Source of the DNA: an uncultured virus (IMG/VR IMGVR_UViG_3300009703_000012)
Lineage: Duplodnaviria; Heunggongvirae; Uroviricota; Caudoviricetes
Strand: one strand, 5' to 3'
Length of the DNA stretch: 64,000 nucleotides
Virus record (IMG/VR): IMGVR_UViG_3300009703_000012
Coordinates: 1-64,000 of that record
Shown: positions 49,001-58,524 of the stretch, piece by piece
Layout: every line of letters begins with the position of its first letter
How positions within the stretch are numbered: position 1 is the first letter of the stretch
Translations under genes and position numbers: made by a program
Notes under the pieces: generated by a model
What the model saw: only the letters and a program-made list of their open reading frames with translations
What the model was told of the DNA's origin: nothing
The model's database searches: none

Positions 49001-50742
49001 CTTCCTGCACTTCCAGCACTTCCAGCACTTCCTGCAGAGCCAGATGAACCAGCACTTCCTGCAGAGCCAGCGGATCCAGATGAGCCAGCGGAACCAGCAG
49101 ATCCAGCACTTCCTGAAGAACCAGCACTCCCAGATGATCCAGAAGTACCAGATGATCCAGATGAAGCATAAGTCAATCCAGACGAACCAGATGATCCAGA
49201 CGATCCTTCACCAAAAGTTACCGCCGCATATCCTGCTTGAGTAGTAGGAAATACTATTTTTACATTATTTGAATCAATATATTGAATAGATTCTGGATAA
49301 ATTACATTATAATTATCATCAACAACTTCTATATTTACAGGCCTAGTATTTAAATTATAAGGTATAAACCAGACAAGTGAAGCTGAAGATTGAGTATGAA
49401 TATAAGATCCGCCATCTTGTCCAGAAGATCCAGCACTTCCTGCAGAACCCGCAGAGCCAGCACTTCCTGCAGATCCAGATGAACCAGCAGATCCAGCACT
49501 ACCTGCAGTTCCGTGTGTTCCTCCTGCCCCCGAAGAACCAGCACTTCCTGCAGAGCCAGCACTTCCAGCAGAACCAGCACTTCCAGCACTACCCGCACTT
49601 CCCGCAGAGCCAGCGGATCCAGATGAGCCAGCACTTCCCGCAGAGCCAGATGATCCTGCAGAACCAGCACTTCCTGAAGAACCAGATGTTCCAGAAGTTC
49701 CAGCATCACCAGTTCTTGCAAATGTAACAATTATGTCTTCATCATCATCAAATAATGCAGTTTGTCCTCCTATTTTCGAAACTTCTATTTCTTGAAAACC
49801 CGAATCATTAGTAACATCCGAGATAGTAAACATTACATACGTACTTGTATCAAATTTTTTCGATATTCTTACATGTCCTTTAATTGCGGATGTTGCACCA
49901 TCAACTTGATCTAGAAAACTTTCAGTTGATGTACCATTTACATCAGCTTCACTCATAGAAATTCTATCAACTGTAGAAAAATCTGTAGGTGCAGATCCAG
50001 TATCAATTCCTACTACAAGTTTACCAGAACCTGGATCACTTGCGGCGCCTGTAAATGTTGTATTTTCAAAATCATATTCAAAAGATTGACCACCAAAATT
50101 TCCATCTTGTCCAGATGTTCCTGCAGTTCCAGAAGTTCCAGTAGTTCCAGAAGTTCCTGCAGAACCAGAAGAACCAGCACTCCCAGAACTTCCTGCACTT
50201 CCCGCAGAGCCAGATGATCCTGCAGAGCCAGCACTTCCTGTAGAACCAGTAGATCCAGATGATCCAGCAGTTCCACCCATTCCCGAAGAACCAGAAGTTC
50301 CTGCAGAACCAGAAGTTCCAGAAGAACCCTGTCCATAAGTTATGGCGGCATATCCTGCTTGTGAAGAAGTAAATACTATTTTTACATTATTTCCATCAAT
50401 AAATTGAATAGATTCTGGTATAATAACATTATAATTATCATCAACAACTTCTATATTTACTGGTCTAGTTCCTAAACCATGAGTTATCAACCAGACAAGT
50501 GAAGCTGAAGATTGAGTATGAACAAAAGAACTACCATCTTGTCCAGAAGATCCAGCACTCCCTGCAGAACCCGCAGAGCCAGAGCTTCCAGATGAAGCAT
50601 ATGTCAATCCAGACGATCCTGCAGAACCAGCAGAACCTGCAGATCCAGCACTCCCCGCAGATCCAGCAGAGCCAGCGGAACCAGAAGTTGTTTTCTCTTT
50701 TAAACTATAATCTGCGTATTCGCCTTTAAGAAATAGTGCCAT
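46012..50742 (-). CDS. Giant Gly-Ser-Ala triplet fibre protein with repeated globular modules and C-terminal chaperone-like domain
   Basis: GSA/GSS/GTS runs; 5 copies of module A (HTQS...W.I...L..RP), 2 copies of module B (DGNFGG...ARTGD); C-terminal SDLAERY..D..Y..G.V motif. Confidence 0.85.
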   Translation of the reverse strand: MALFLKGEYADYSLKEKTTSGSAGSAGSAGSAGSAGSAGSAGSSGLTYASSGSSGSAGSAGSAGSSGQDGSSFVHTQSSASLVWLITHGLGTRPVNIEVVDDNYNVIIPESIQFIDGNNVKIVFTSSQAGYAAITYGQGSSGTSGSAGTSGSSGMGGTAGSSGSTGSTGSAGSAGSSGSAGSAGSSGSAGSSGSAGTSGTTGTSGTAGTSGQDGNFGGQSFEYDFENTTFTGAASDPGSGKLVVGIDTGSAPTDFSTVDRISMSEADVNGTSTESFLDQVDGATSAIKGHVRISKKFDTSTYVMFTISDVTNDSGFQEIEVSKIGGQTALFDDDEDIIVTFARTGDAGTSGTSGSSGSAGSAGSSGSAGSAGSSGSAGSAGSAGSAGSAGSAGSAGSAGSAGSSGAGGTHGTAGSAGSAGSSGSAGSAGSAGSAGSAGSSGQDGGSYIHTQSSASLVWFIPYNLNTRPVNIEVVDDNYNVIYPESIQYIDSNNVKIVFPTTQAGYAAVTFGEGSSGSSGSSGLTYASSGSSGTSGSSGSAGSSGSAGSAGSAGSSGSAGSAGSAGSSGSAGSAGSAGSAGSAGSAGSAGSAGSAGSSGYTYASSGSSGSAGSAGSAGSSGSSGTTGTSGTSGSSGSAGSAGSSGSAGSAGSAGSAGSAGSAGSAGSSGSAGSSGSAGSAGSAGSTGSAGSAGSAGSAGSSGRDGGSYIHTQSTPAIVWLIPYNLGTRPVNIEVVDTNYNVIVPESTQYVDSNTVKIIFPIAQAGFAAITFGEGSSGTSGSSGTSGSSGTSGSSGQDGNFGGASFQYVFEDTSFTGSASDPGSGRLEVGIDTGSAPTDFSTVNRLSISETDSNGADTESFLDQVDASSSAIKGHIRLAALFDAGQYVMFTVGDLTNAGDYQEIEVTKIGGQDAFFADDADILFTVARTGDVGTSGTSGSSGSSGSAGSAGSAGSAGSAGSAGSAGSAGSAGSSGSAGSSGSAGSAGSAGSAGSAGTAGSAGSAGSAGSAGSSGRDGGSFLHTQSTPALVWLISHALNIRPLNVEITDTNFNIIIPESIQFIDSNTVKVIFPTTQAGYAALTFGEGSSGTSGSSGLTYASSGSSGTAGTTGSAGSSGSSGSAGSAGSAGSAGSAGSAGSAGSSGSAGSSGSAGSAGSSGLTYASSGSSGSSGETGTAGSSGSAGSSGSAGSAGSAGSSGSAGSTGSAGSAGSAGSSGSAGSSGSAGSAGSAGTSGTDGTDGNAGGAYIHTQSSAALVWLITHGLNTRPLNIEVVDGNYNVIIPESTQYIDSNTVKIIFPTTQAGYAGLTHGEGSSGTSGTSGLTYASSGSAGSAGSAGTSGVSGSLPAGGAGQIQYYATSSTLGAYSGFLVDDVTTPTQIAMNFPIYSSSGATGLANLKVHGTSGLDGATTVGGTLTTVDILPSANNTSDVGSATMVYNDMYAVTFNGRATSANWSDLAERYESDKIYEPGTVLAVGGTKEVTLYQVDMPYAGVVSDKPGLRMNDGMIQRENEFMLFICLKGRILVKIEGGCNKGDFIIAYKDGTGKVITKYEYEPHKHDLIGIALTNSNGDFVEVKV

Positions 50743-50745
50743 TAA

Positions 50746-51066
50746 TTAAATACTCGTATAGCTAATTACTACTGAAACTTTATCTACTGTATCAGCGATT
50801 GCTTGAATAGTATCGCTTGCTCCCATTAAAATTCTTTCACTTCCAAAAGCAAAAGTATCAGTTGCATTTATTGTTAATTCTTTCATTATCATGTGTTCAT
50901 CTCCCAATGTGTCACCATTAGGAACAATCCAACATGTTACATCAATAGCAGAAGAATCTGTATTACAAAAAAATATTGTTGTAACTGCAGACTCTCCTGA
51001 TGAAGTATAAACTGTAGTGGCTGTTGCACTATTTGTATTTGCTATTAAATTTGTTTCGATAGACAT
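50746..51066 (-). CDS. Small beta-rich probable virion protein
   Basis: TTVYT...TTIFFCN pattern; sits between the two fibre genes. Confidence 0.7.
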   Translation of the reverse strand: MSIETNLIANTNSATATTVYTSSGESAVTTIFFCNTDSSAIDVTCWIVPNGDTLGDEHMIMKELTINATDTFAFGSERILMGASDTIQAIADTVDKVSVVISYTSI

Positions 51067-51067
51067 A

Positions 51068-54000
51068 TTAGAATATTAATCCATAAGTTATTGCTTTTTT
51101 GCGTGAAACCAATTCATCGGGATCATCAGTTCCTTGTTTAAAATATATTCCTGTTCCTCCTGCTCCCGAAGAACTTGAAAAAACTGCAGATTGACCTGCA
51201 GTCAAAGTAGGTTTATTTCCTGAAACATCATCTCTTTGAGACATTTGAATATAACCAGTTGTTCCACTTGTACCCACCAAAAAAGTTTTACCAGTTACAT
51301 TTAATTCATTTCCATCAAATGTTAAATTTGTTTCTCCATCACCAGATTCAGTATCAGCATTAATAGAAATTAAACGATCTTCTGCAGAATTATTTAGATT
51401 TAAAAATCCAGAGGATCCTGCAGTTCCTGCAGAGCCAGACGATCCAGCACTTCCCGAACTTCCTGCACTTCCTGAAGAACCAGTAGTTCCAGAAGTTCCT
51501 GCAGAGCCAGATGATCCAGCACTTCCTGCAGAACCAGCAGAAGCAGAAGTTCCTGCAGTTCCTGAAGTTCCAGCAGTTCCAGATGTTCCAGCATCACCAG
51601 TTCTTGCAAATGTAACAACTATATCTTCATCATCGGAAAATAATGCAGTTTGTCCTCCGATCTTTGAAACTTCTATTTCTTGAAAATCTGTATTATTAGT
51701 AACATCTGAAATTGTAAATATTACATATTGATCACTATTAAATCTTTTATGAATTCTTACATGACCTTTAATTGCAGATGTTGCACCATCAACTTGATCT
51801 AGAAAACTCTCAGTTGATGTACCATTTACATCTAATTCGCTTATAGAAATTCTGTTAACTGTAGAGAAATCAGTTGGTGCAGATCCAGTATCAATACCTA
51901 CTTCAAGTTTACCAGAACCTGGATCGCTTGATGCACCTGTAAATGTTGTATTTTCAAAATCATATTCAAAAGATGCTCCTCCAAAATTACCATCTAGTCC
52001 AGAAGTTCCTGCAGTTCCAGAAGTTCCTGCGGATCCAGCACTTCCTGCAGAACCAGAAGAGCCAGCACTTCCTGCACTTCCAGCACTTCCAGCACTTCCT
52101 GCAGAGCCAGATGAACCAGCACTTCCTGCAGAGCCAGCACTTCCCGAACTTCCTGCACTTCCAGCAGAACCAGCAGATCCAGCACTTCCAGCAGAGCCAG
52201 CACTTCCTGCAGAACCAGACGATCCAGAAGAAGCATAAGTTATTCCAGATGATCCTGCAGTTCCAGAAGTACCAGAAGTTGATTCTCCAAACGTTACTGT
52301 AGCCCATCCTGCTATTGCAGTAGGAAATACTATTTTTATATTATTTGAATCCGTAAATTGAATAGATTCTGGATAAATTACATTATAATCATCATCACAA
52401 ACTTGAACATTTATAACTCTTTTTGTTAAAGTATGATTTATTAACCAAACAGATGCCGCTGAAGATTGTTCATGAGTAAAAGAACCCCCATCACGACCAG
52501 ACGATCCTGCAGTTCCAGAACTTCCTGCACTTCCTGCAGAGCCAGCACTTCCAGAAGAAGCATAAGTTAATCCAGATGATCCAGATGTTCCAGATGTTCC
52601 AGCATCACCAGTTCTTGCAAATGTAACAACTATGTCTTCATCATTAGCAAAAAATGCATTTTCACCACCAACTTTTGTAACTTCTATTTCTTGAAAATCT
52701 GTATTATTAGTAACATAATGAATGGTAAACATTGCATATTGGTCAGAATATGTTTTTCGATGAATTCTTACATGACCTTTAATTGCAGATGTTGCTGTTT
52801 GAACTTGACTTAAAAAACTTTCAGTTGATGTTCCATTTACATCAGTTTCGCTTATAGAAATTCTGTTAACTGTAGAAAAATCAGTAGGTGTAGAACCTCC
52901 CTCTAATAAAAGATCCGACTCTGTTTCTAAAATAAAACTTCCAGTATCATCCTCTAAAGTAATAGATCCATTATCGAATCCTACGTTAAGTTTACCCGCA
53001 CCAGGATCACTTGTAGCTCCTACAAATGCTGTATTTGAAAAATCATATTCAAAAGCCGCTCCTCCAAAAACACCATCACGACCAGATGATCCAGCACTTC
53101 CCGAACTTCCTGTAGAGCCAGCACTTCCAGCACTTCCTGCAGAGCCAGATGAACCAGCAGATCCAGATGATCCTGCAGAGCCAGATGAACCAGCAGATCC
53201 AGATGATCCTGCAGAGCCAGCACTTCCAGCAGAGCCAGCACTTCCTGCAGAGCCAGATGAACCAGAAGATCCAGAAGTACCAGAAGATCCAGAGCTTCCT
53301 GCAGATCCAGATGAACCAGCACTCCCTGCAGAACCAGCGGAACCAGCAGATCCAGCACTTCCCGAACTTCCTGCAGAGCCAGACGATCCAGCACTTCCCG
53401 AACTTCCTGCACTTCCAGCAGAACCAGCAGATCCAGCACTTCCAGCAGAGCCAGCACTTCCTGCAGAACCAGACGATCCAGAAGAAGCATAAGTCCATCC
53501 AGATGATCCAGCACTACCTGCACTTCCTGCAGAACCAGACGATCCAGACGATCCTGCAGAACCAGCAGAACCAGCAGATCCTGCAGAACCAGACGATCCA
53601 GAAGTTCCAGAAGAACCAGAAGTTCCAGAAGAGCCTTCTCCAAAAGTTAATGCACACCAACCCGCTACTGCAGATGTAAAAACTAATTTAACAGTACGTG
53701 AGTCTGTAAATCTAATCGATTCTGGATAAATTACATCATAATCAGTATTTACAACTGTAGTATTTAAAGGTCTAACACCTAGATGATGATTTATTAACCA
53801 AACGGATGCCGCTGACTCTTGATTATGAATATAAGAACCACCATCTTGTCCAGAAGATCCAGCACTACCTGCAGAACCTGCAGAACCAGTACTTCCAGCA
53901 GAGCCAGAAGTTCCAGTAGTTCCAGAAGTTCCATGACTTCCTGTTCCTCCAGATGATCCAGATGAAGCAAATGTCAATCCAGACGATCCAGCAGATCCAG

Positions 54001-56107
54001 AAGAAGCATATGTCAATCCAGAAGATCCAGCGGATCCAGATGAACCAGCAGAACCAGCAGTTCCTGCAGAACCCGCACTCCCTGCAGAGCCAGCACTTCC
54101 AGCAGAACCAGCGGATCCAGCACTACCCGCAGATCCAGATGAACCAGCAGATCCAGAAGTTCCAGAATCACCAGTTCTTGCAAATGTTGCAACAAGTTCA
54201 GTTGCGTTTTGAAAATCAGTTAATGAGGAATCTAAATATGTAACTTTTACATAATACCATGAAGGATTTACAGTATCAAATTCATTGATACCATATAACA
54301 TAAATTCATCTGGATCATCTTTATCATAAATTCGTAAATGTCCTTTAGGATCACTAAAAGCAACATCATTAATTGTTTGTAAAAAACTATCAATTATTGT
54401 TCCGTCTTGATCAGTATCACTTATTCTTAATCTATTAGCTTGATCAGGAGTTGTAAAAGTACCAGAAGTTAGAGTAAATGCTATTTTCCCTGTTCCTGGA
54501 TCATCCGTACCTTGTGTAGTATTGTAACGATATGAAAATGAAGCTCCTCCAAAACCACCATCTATACCAGATGATCCAGCAGTTCCAGAAGTTCCACTTG
54601 TACCAGCAGTTCCAGAAGTTCCAGAACTTCCTGCAGAACCAGACGATCCAGAAGATCCAGAAGTTCCATCTTCTCCAGATGAACCAGACGATCCCGAAGT
54701 TCCATCTTCTCCAGATGAACCAGACGATCCAGCACTTCCCGAACTTCCTGCAGAGCCAGATGTTCCTCCAGTTCCTTGAGGTCCTGTATCTCCTTCAGTT
54801 CCATCTGATCCAGATGTTCCTGATGTCCCATCTGTTCCCGAAGAACCAGAACTTCCATGCGTTCCAGTAGTTCCTGACGAACCAGAAGTTCCTCCTTCTC
54901 CCGTATCTCCTTGTTCACCATCTACTCCAGATGTTCCAGATGTTCCAGAAGAACCAGATGATCCAGAAGAAGCATCACGACCAGACGATCCCGAACTTCC
55001 TGCACTTCCAGCACTTCCCGAACTTCCTGCAGAACCAGTAGATCCAGCACTTCCTGCAGAGCCAGCAGAACCAGAAGAAGCATATGTTAATCCAGATGTT
55101 CCTGAAGTACCAGAAGAGGCTTCACCAAAAGTGATTGAAGCAAATCCTGCTTGAGAGGAAGGCCAGATTATTTTTACAGTATTGGAATCAATAAATTGAA
55201 CAGATTCAGGATAAATTACATTGTAATCACTATCTACTACTAATATGTTTATTGGTCTAGTATTTAAATTATGATTTATTAACCAAACAGGTTGGGCTGA
55301 AGATTGAATATGAATATAAGAACCGCCATCACGACCAGATGTTCCTGCAGTTCCAGAAGATCCAGATGAAGCATATGTTAAACCAGATGATCCAGAAGTT
55401 CCTGTAGACCCAGATGAGCCAGACGAACCAGCAGATCCAGATGATCCTGCAGAGCCAGAAGTACCATGACTTCCTGTTCCTCCAGAACTTCCTGCAGAGC
55501 CAGAAGTACCATGAGTGCCTAAAAACGTTCCATCAACTCCAGAAGATCCAGAAGTACCATGAGTTTCGCCAGATGAACCCGCAGATCCAGAAGTTCCATG
55601 TGTTCCGTGTATTCCAGAAGCTCCTCCTCCACCGCCGCCTTCACCCCAACCGCTTCCTCCTGCTACTTTTTGTGCAGTTTGGGTTGCTTTTGAACTAACT
55701 TCTTTAACAACTTTTTTGATGCCTTCTATTTCAATTTCAAGTCTAGTTACTTCAGCATCATCACCAGGATCGCCCTTTTCTCCCTCGGGTCCCTCGGGTC
55801 CAGTTTCTCCCTGCTCTCCCTGAGGTCCTTGAACACCTTGAGGCCCAATTCTCCCGTCTTCCCCTCGTTCACCAACGGGACCAATCTCTCCTTGCTCTCC
55901 CTTTTCACCTTTTTCGCCCTTGGAACCTTCTGTACCTTTGATTTCAAGAACTCTGACTTTTTCACCAGTTACAGGATCTAAAATTTCTTTTATGCCTACA
56001 ACAAGTTCTTCTTTAGTCTTTTTAAGTGTTTTTTTAGTATAAGCAAGAGCAGTAGCTAAAACTTTACTTAAATCTAAGTCTTGTGGTTCTTTTTGATCGT
56101 CTTTCAT
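51068..56107 (-). CDS. Giant fibre protein: collagen-like N-terminus then Gly-Ser-Ala triplets with globular modules
   Basis: GEKGEQGEIGPV collagen repeats; 3 copies each of modules A and B; ends ELVSRKKAITYGLIF. Confidence 0.85.
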   Translation of the reverse strand: MKDDQKEPQDLDLSKVLATALAYTKKTLKKTKEELVVGIKEILDPVTGEKVRVLEIKGTEGSKGEKGEKGEQGEIGPVGERGEDGRIGPQGVQGPQGEQGETGPEGPEGEKGDPGDDAEVTRLEIEIEGIKKVVKEVSSKATQTAQKVAGGSGWGEGGGGGGASGIHGTHGTSGSAGSSGETHGTSGSSGVDGTFLGTHGTSGSAGSSGGTGSHGTSGSAGSSGSAGSSGSSGSTGTSGSSGLTYASSGSSGTAGTSGRDGGSYIHIQSSAQPVWLINHNLNTRPINILVVDSDYNVIYPESVQFIDSNTVKIIWPSSQAGFASITFGEASSGTSGTSGLTYASSGSAGSAGSAGSTGSAGSSGSAGSAGSSGSSGRDASSGSSGSSGTSGTSGVDGEQGDTGEGGTSGSSGTTGTHGSSGSSGTDGTSGTSGSDGTEGDTGPQGTGGTSGSAGSSGSAGSSGSSGEDGTSGSSGSSGEDGTSGSSGSSGSAGSSGTSGTAGTSGTSGTAGSSGIDGGFGGASFSYRYNTTQGTDDPGTGKIAFTLTSGTFTTPDQANRLRISDTDQDGTIIDSFLQTINDVAFSDPKGHLRIYDKDDPDEFMLYGINEFDTVNPSWYYVKVTYLDSSLTDFQNATELVATFARTGDSGTSGSAGSSGSAGSAGSAGSAGSAGSAGSAGSAGTAGSAGSSGSAGSSGLTYASSGSAGSSGLTFASSGSSGGTGSHGTSGTTGTSGSAGSTGSAGSAGSAGSSGQDGGSYIHNQESAASVWLINHHLGVRPLNTTVVNTDYDVIYPESIRFTDSRTVKLVFTSAVAGWCALTFGEGSSGTSGSSGTSGSSGSAGSAGSAGSAGSSGSSGSAGSAGSAGSSGWTYASSGSSGSAGSAGSAGSAGSAGSAGSAGSSGSAGSSGSAGSSGSAGSAGSAGSAGSAGSSGSAGSSGSSGTSGSSGSSGSAGSAGSAGSAGSAGSSGSAGSSGSAGSSGSAGSSGSAGSAGSAGSTGSSGSAGSSGRDGVFGGAAFEYDFSNTAFVGATSDPGAGKLNVGFDNGSITLEDDTGSFILETESDLLLEGGSTPTDFSTVNRISISETDVNGTSTESFLSQVQTATSAIKGHVRIHRKTYSDQYAMFTIHYVTNNTDFQEIEVTKVGGENAFFANDEDIVVTFARTGDAGTSGTSGSSGLTYASSGSAGSAGSAGSSGTAGSSGRDGGSFTHEQSSAASVWLINHTLTKRVINVQVCDDDYNVIYPESIQFTDSNNIKIVFPTAIAGWATVTFGESTSGTSGTAGSSGITYASSGSSGSAGSAGSAGSAGSAGSAGSAGSSGSAGSAGSAGSSGSAGSAGSAGSAGSAGSSGSAGSAGSAGTSGTAGTSGLDGNFGGASFEYDFENTTFTGASSDPGSGKLEVGIDTGSAPTDFSTVNRISISELDVNGTSTESFLDQVDGATSAIKGHVRIHKRFNSDQYVIFTISDVTNNTDFQEIEVSKIGGQTALFSDDEDIVVTFARTGDAGTSGTAGTSGTAGTSASAGSAGSAGSSGSAGTSGTTGSSGSAGSSGSAGSSGSAGTAGSSGFLNLNNSAEDRLISINADTESGDGETNLTFDGNELNVTGKTFLVGTSGTTGYIQMSQRDDVSGNKPTLTAGQSAVFSSSSGAGGTGIYFKQGTDDPDELVSRKKAITYGLIF

Positions 56108-56153
56108 TTATGTCTCTGCACCTAAATCTTCACCAGAATCAATTTATAAATTT

Positions 56154-57836
56154 TTAACTTACAAATTTTTCATCATCTTCTAAAACAGAAAAAAGAATAT
56201 CATTTACTTTATCTTTAATCTCATTTTCTTTCTTCGCAACTTCAAATTTCTCCTCAATTTTTTTATCAATATCTTCATTGATATATTGTTTATTGTCCGT
56301 ATTTACTTCTACGGAATTAAATTGCATTTCTTCTTCTCCCGAAAATCTGGGATCATCTAATTCTTTTTGCATTTGCTCATCATTAGATTTAACTTCATCA
56401 TCAGTCATCATCAAAATATGCTTTCTTATATACTCATGTGACCAATATTTTCCAGCATAATCTTGTAAATCTCTTAAAATGTTTAATCTATCTTGAAGAA
56501 GTTCATTATGCTTTATTTCTGCAAAATGACTATCGTTTTCAAATTCATAAAATATTTCATTCTTAACATTTTTCCAATCTTCTCTAGACATTATGCCTTT
56601 GAGTGTTAATTGTCTTTCCATAATCTCATCAAACATTAAACTAAATCTACTTTGGAGTTTATTAACAAACCGTGTAAATTTAACTTCATCCCTTGAAATT
56701 TCTGTAGCACGGCCAATTGTATAATTTGCTTCTGATTCAAGTCTTGAAATAGGAACACCTAGTGATTTGTAAAGTTTTTTCTGAAAATATAATACATCTT
56801 CAATATCTCCAAGATTTGAACCACCAGGTAGGGTAGAAATTTCTGTTCCTCTTCCACCTTCTCTTCTTGGCATCCAATAATCTTCAAGCATTGACATATG
56901 TTTTCTATCATCTCTAACTTCACCGGTGTTTGCATCATATACAAGTTTATTTTTGTATCGTGTCATTAAATCACGCATGTATTGTTCTGCTTTTAATTTT
57001 GGTAAATTACCAACATCAACATAAAAAATTCTTCTTTCTGGAGCCCGTGAAATACGATAAATTACCAGAGAATCTTCTATCATTCTTAATTGATTTAATG
57101 GTTTGATTGCTTTGTGTAGGTAGGATAAAACTAATGAACGTGTAGCATTCATTAGTCCTGAATGTGTATATACAATCGAATCGGGAGATATCTTTAAACC
57201 ACTGGCGGCACTTGTAAAAGCAGTTCCGATTACTTGTCCTTGTGATTGATAAATTCCCTTTTGATTATAAACATAATATTCTAAAACCGTGGTTTTTGTT
57301 TTACCATCGGGTTGTTTTTCTTTTTTCTTTTCTCGTATTTTCTTTATTTTTCTGGGATCTAAGATTCTTAATTCATGAATACCCTTTTCTAAGTTATTCT
57401 CATCAACAATAACATGATAATAAACTCTACCATCAATATACCATCTCTTAAAAACATCAGATCCTAAATTTTGTAAATCTAAAAGTTTACTTATTGATTT
57501 GAATTCTAGTCTTAGTTTGTCTCTAATGGGTTCAGAAACATTTAAATTATCTACGTTAATTCTTACAACGGGTTTGTCTTTTGATGATACAATTGCTTCA
57601 TTAACAATGTCATCAATAGCGTTCTCTACTTCTGCTTGAAGACCCATATCACGATATCTGTTTATCAATTCAGACTCGCTTTTTATAGCACCTTCTGTGT
57701 CAACATATGTTCCATAAACACCACCTGATGCTACGGACAATGCTCCATCTTCATATTCTGCTTCCGCAAAAGTTTGAACCTTTACGTTCTTTTGTTCTTT
57801 TTTTCCGATTGAAAAACCGAATAGTTCAATAGGCAT
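56154..57836 (-). CDS. gp20: Portal vertex protein
   Basis: LFGFSI, WYIDGR, YRISRAPERRIFYVDVGNLPK, EDYWMPRREGGRGTEI. Confidence 0.98.
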   Translation of the reverse strand: MPIELFGFSIGKKEQKNVKVQTFAEAEYEDGALSVASGGVYGTYVDTEGAIKSESELINRYRDMGLQAEVENAIDDIVNEAIVSSKDKPVVRINVDNLNVSEPIRDKLRLEFKSISKLLDLQNLGSDVFKRWYIDGRVYYHVIVDENNLEKGIHELRILDPRKIKKIREKKKEKQPDGKTKTTVLEYYVYNQKGIYQSQGQVIGTAFTSAASGLKISPDSIVYTHSGLMNATRSLVLSYLHKAIKPLNQLRMIEDSLVIYRISRAPERRIFYVDVGNLPKLKAEQYMRDLMTRYKNKLVYDANTGEVRDDRKHMSMLEDYWMPRREGGRGTEISTLPGGSNLGDIEDVLYFQKKLYKSLGVPISRLESEANYTIGRATEISRDEVKFTRFVNKLQSRFSLMFDEIMERQLTLKGIMSREDWKNVKNEIFYEFENDSHFAEIKHNELLQDRLNILRDLQDYAGKYWSHEYIRKHILMMTDDEVKSNDEQMQKELDDPRFSGEEEMQFNSVEVNTDNKQYINEDIDKKIEEKFEVAKKENEIKDKVNDILFSVLEDDEKFVS

Positions 57837-57931
57837 GTAATTTCCTGAATGCGAGTTAAATAATTATAATAGTACTGTACTAATTTATATTTATTCACTC
57901 GCAAAATCAGAAAATTATGTTTTTTGAGGTA

Positions 57932-58513
57932 TTAGCCACCTGTGTTTGTTTCAATATCTGGCGCTACTGTTCCCGTACCAGCACTCATACCACCTGCATG
58001 ACGAGTCCAATAATCATATGAAAAAGTTACAGTATATTCTTCAACAGTATCATTATCACCCCAATCCAGAGTAATTTCTGAAAGATCAGTTGGAAATAGG
58101 CTTACAAACCTATATCTTGCAGTGGCAGAACCGTTTTTAGAAAACTGTTTAACTTCTGCAGTACTGACATAAGATGAGGATGATTGTCCTGCGCCTCTAA
58201 TATTGTCTGAATGATTGTTTATTTGATTCATCCAAAATTCAAATTGTGATCTTGCCGCAAAATTTTCATCATTAATAACAGTCACAGTCCATTCTGGAAA
58301 AGTTCTATTTCCTGCCATTTTAACTTCTCTACCAAAATAAGGCACTATAACTGTTCCAATTGTAGCACCGGGTATTGAAGTCGCTTTAGCAAACATATTT
58401 AATTCACCTCCATCAAAGATATTAGCTTGTGAAGCAATCGTGACTTGAAATAAATTGGGCCTTTGCCCATCATAATACATTGCATGTCTAAAATTTGCTA
58501 TATTGAAAGCCAT
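57932..58513 (-). CDS. gp19: Tail tube protein
   Basis: RPNLFQV, PYFGREVKMAGNRTFPEWTVTVINDE, FSYDYW. Confidence 0.96.
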   Translation of the reverse strand: MAFNIANFRHAMYYDGQRPNLFQVTIASQANIFDGGELNMFAKATSIPGATIGTVIVPYFGREVKMAGNRTFPEWTVTVINDENFAARSQFEFWMNQINNHSDNIRGAGQSSSSYVSTAEVKQFSKNGSATARYRFVSLFPTDLSEITLDWGDNDTVEEYTVTFSYDYWTRHAGGMSAGTGTVAPDIETNTGG

Positions 58514-58524
58514 TTCTTTTCTCC

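Noticed and set aside
46971..55965. Many overlapping ORFs (LQEVL, QHFLQ, CWKCW, PAEPAL types) inside the fibre genes
   Set aside because: Frame and strand shadows of Gly-Ser-Ala codon repeats, confined to the low-complexity tracts.
46012..56107. Ice-nucleation protein (InaZ) call for the fibres
   Set aside because: No AGYGSTxTA 16-residue periodicity; the repeat is a 3-residue Gly-X-Y.
57850..57903. Imperfect inverted repeat TGCGAGT...ACTCGCA between gp19 and gp20
   Set aside because: Long AT-rich imperfect interior; cannot tell terminator from chance, so not called.
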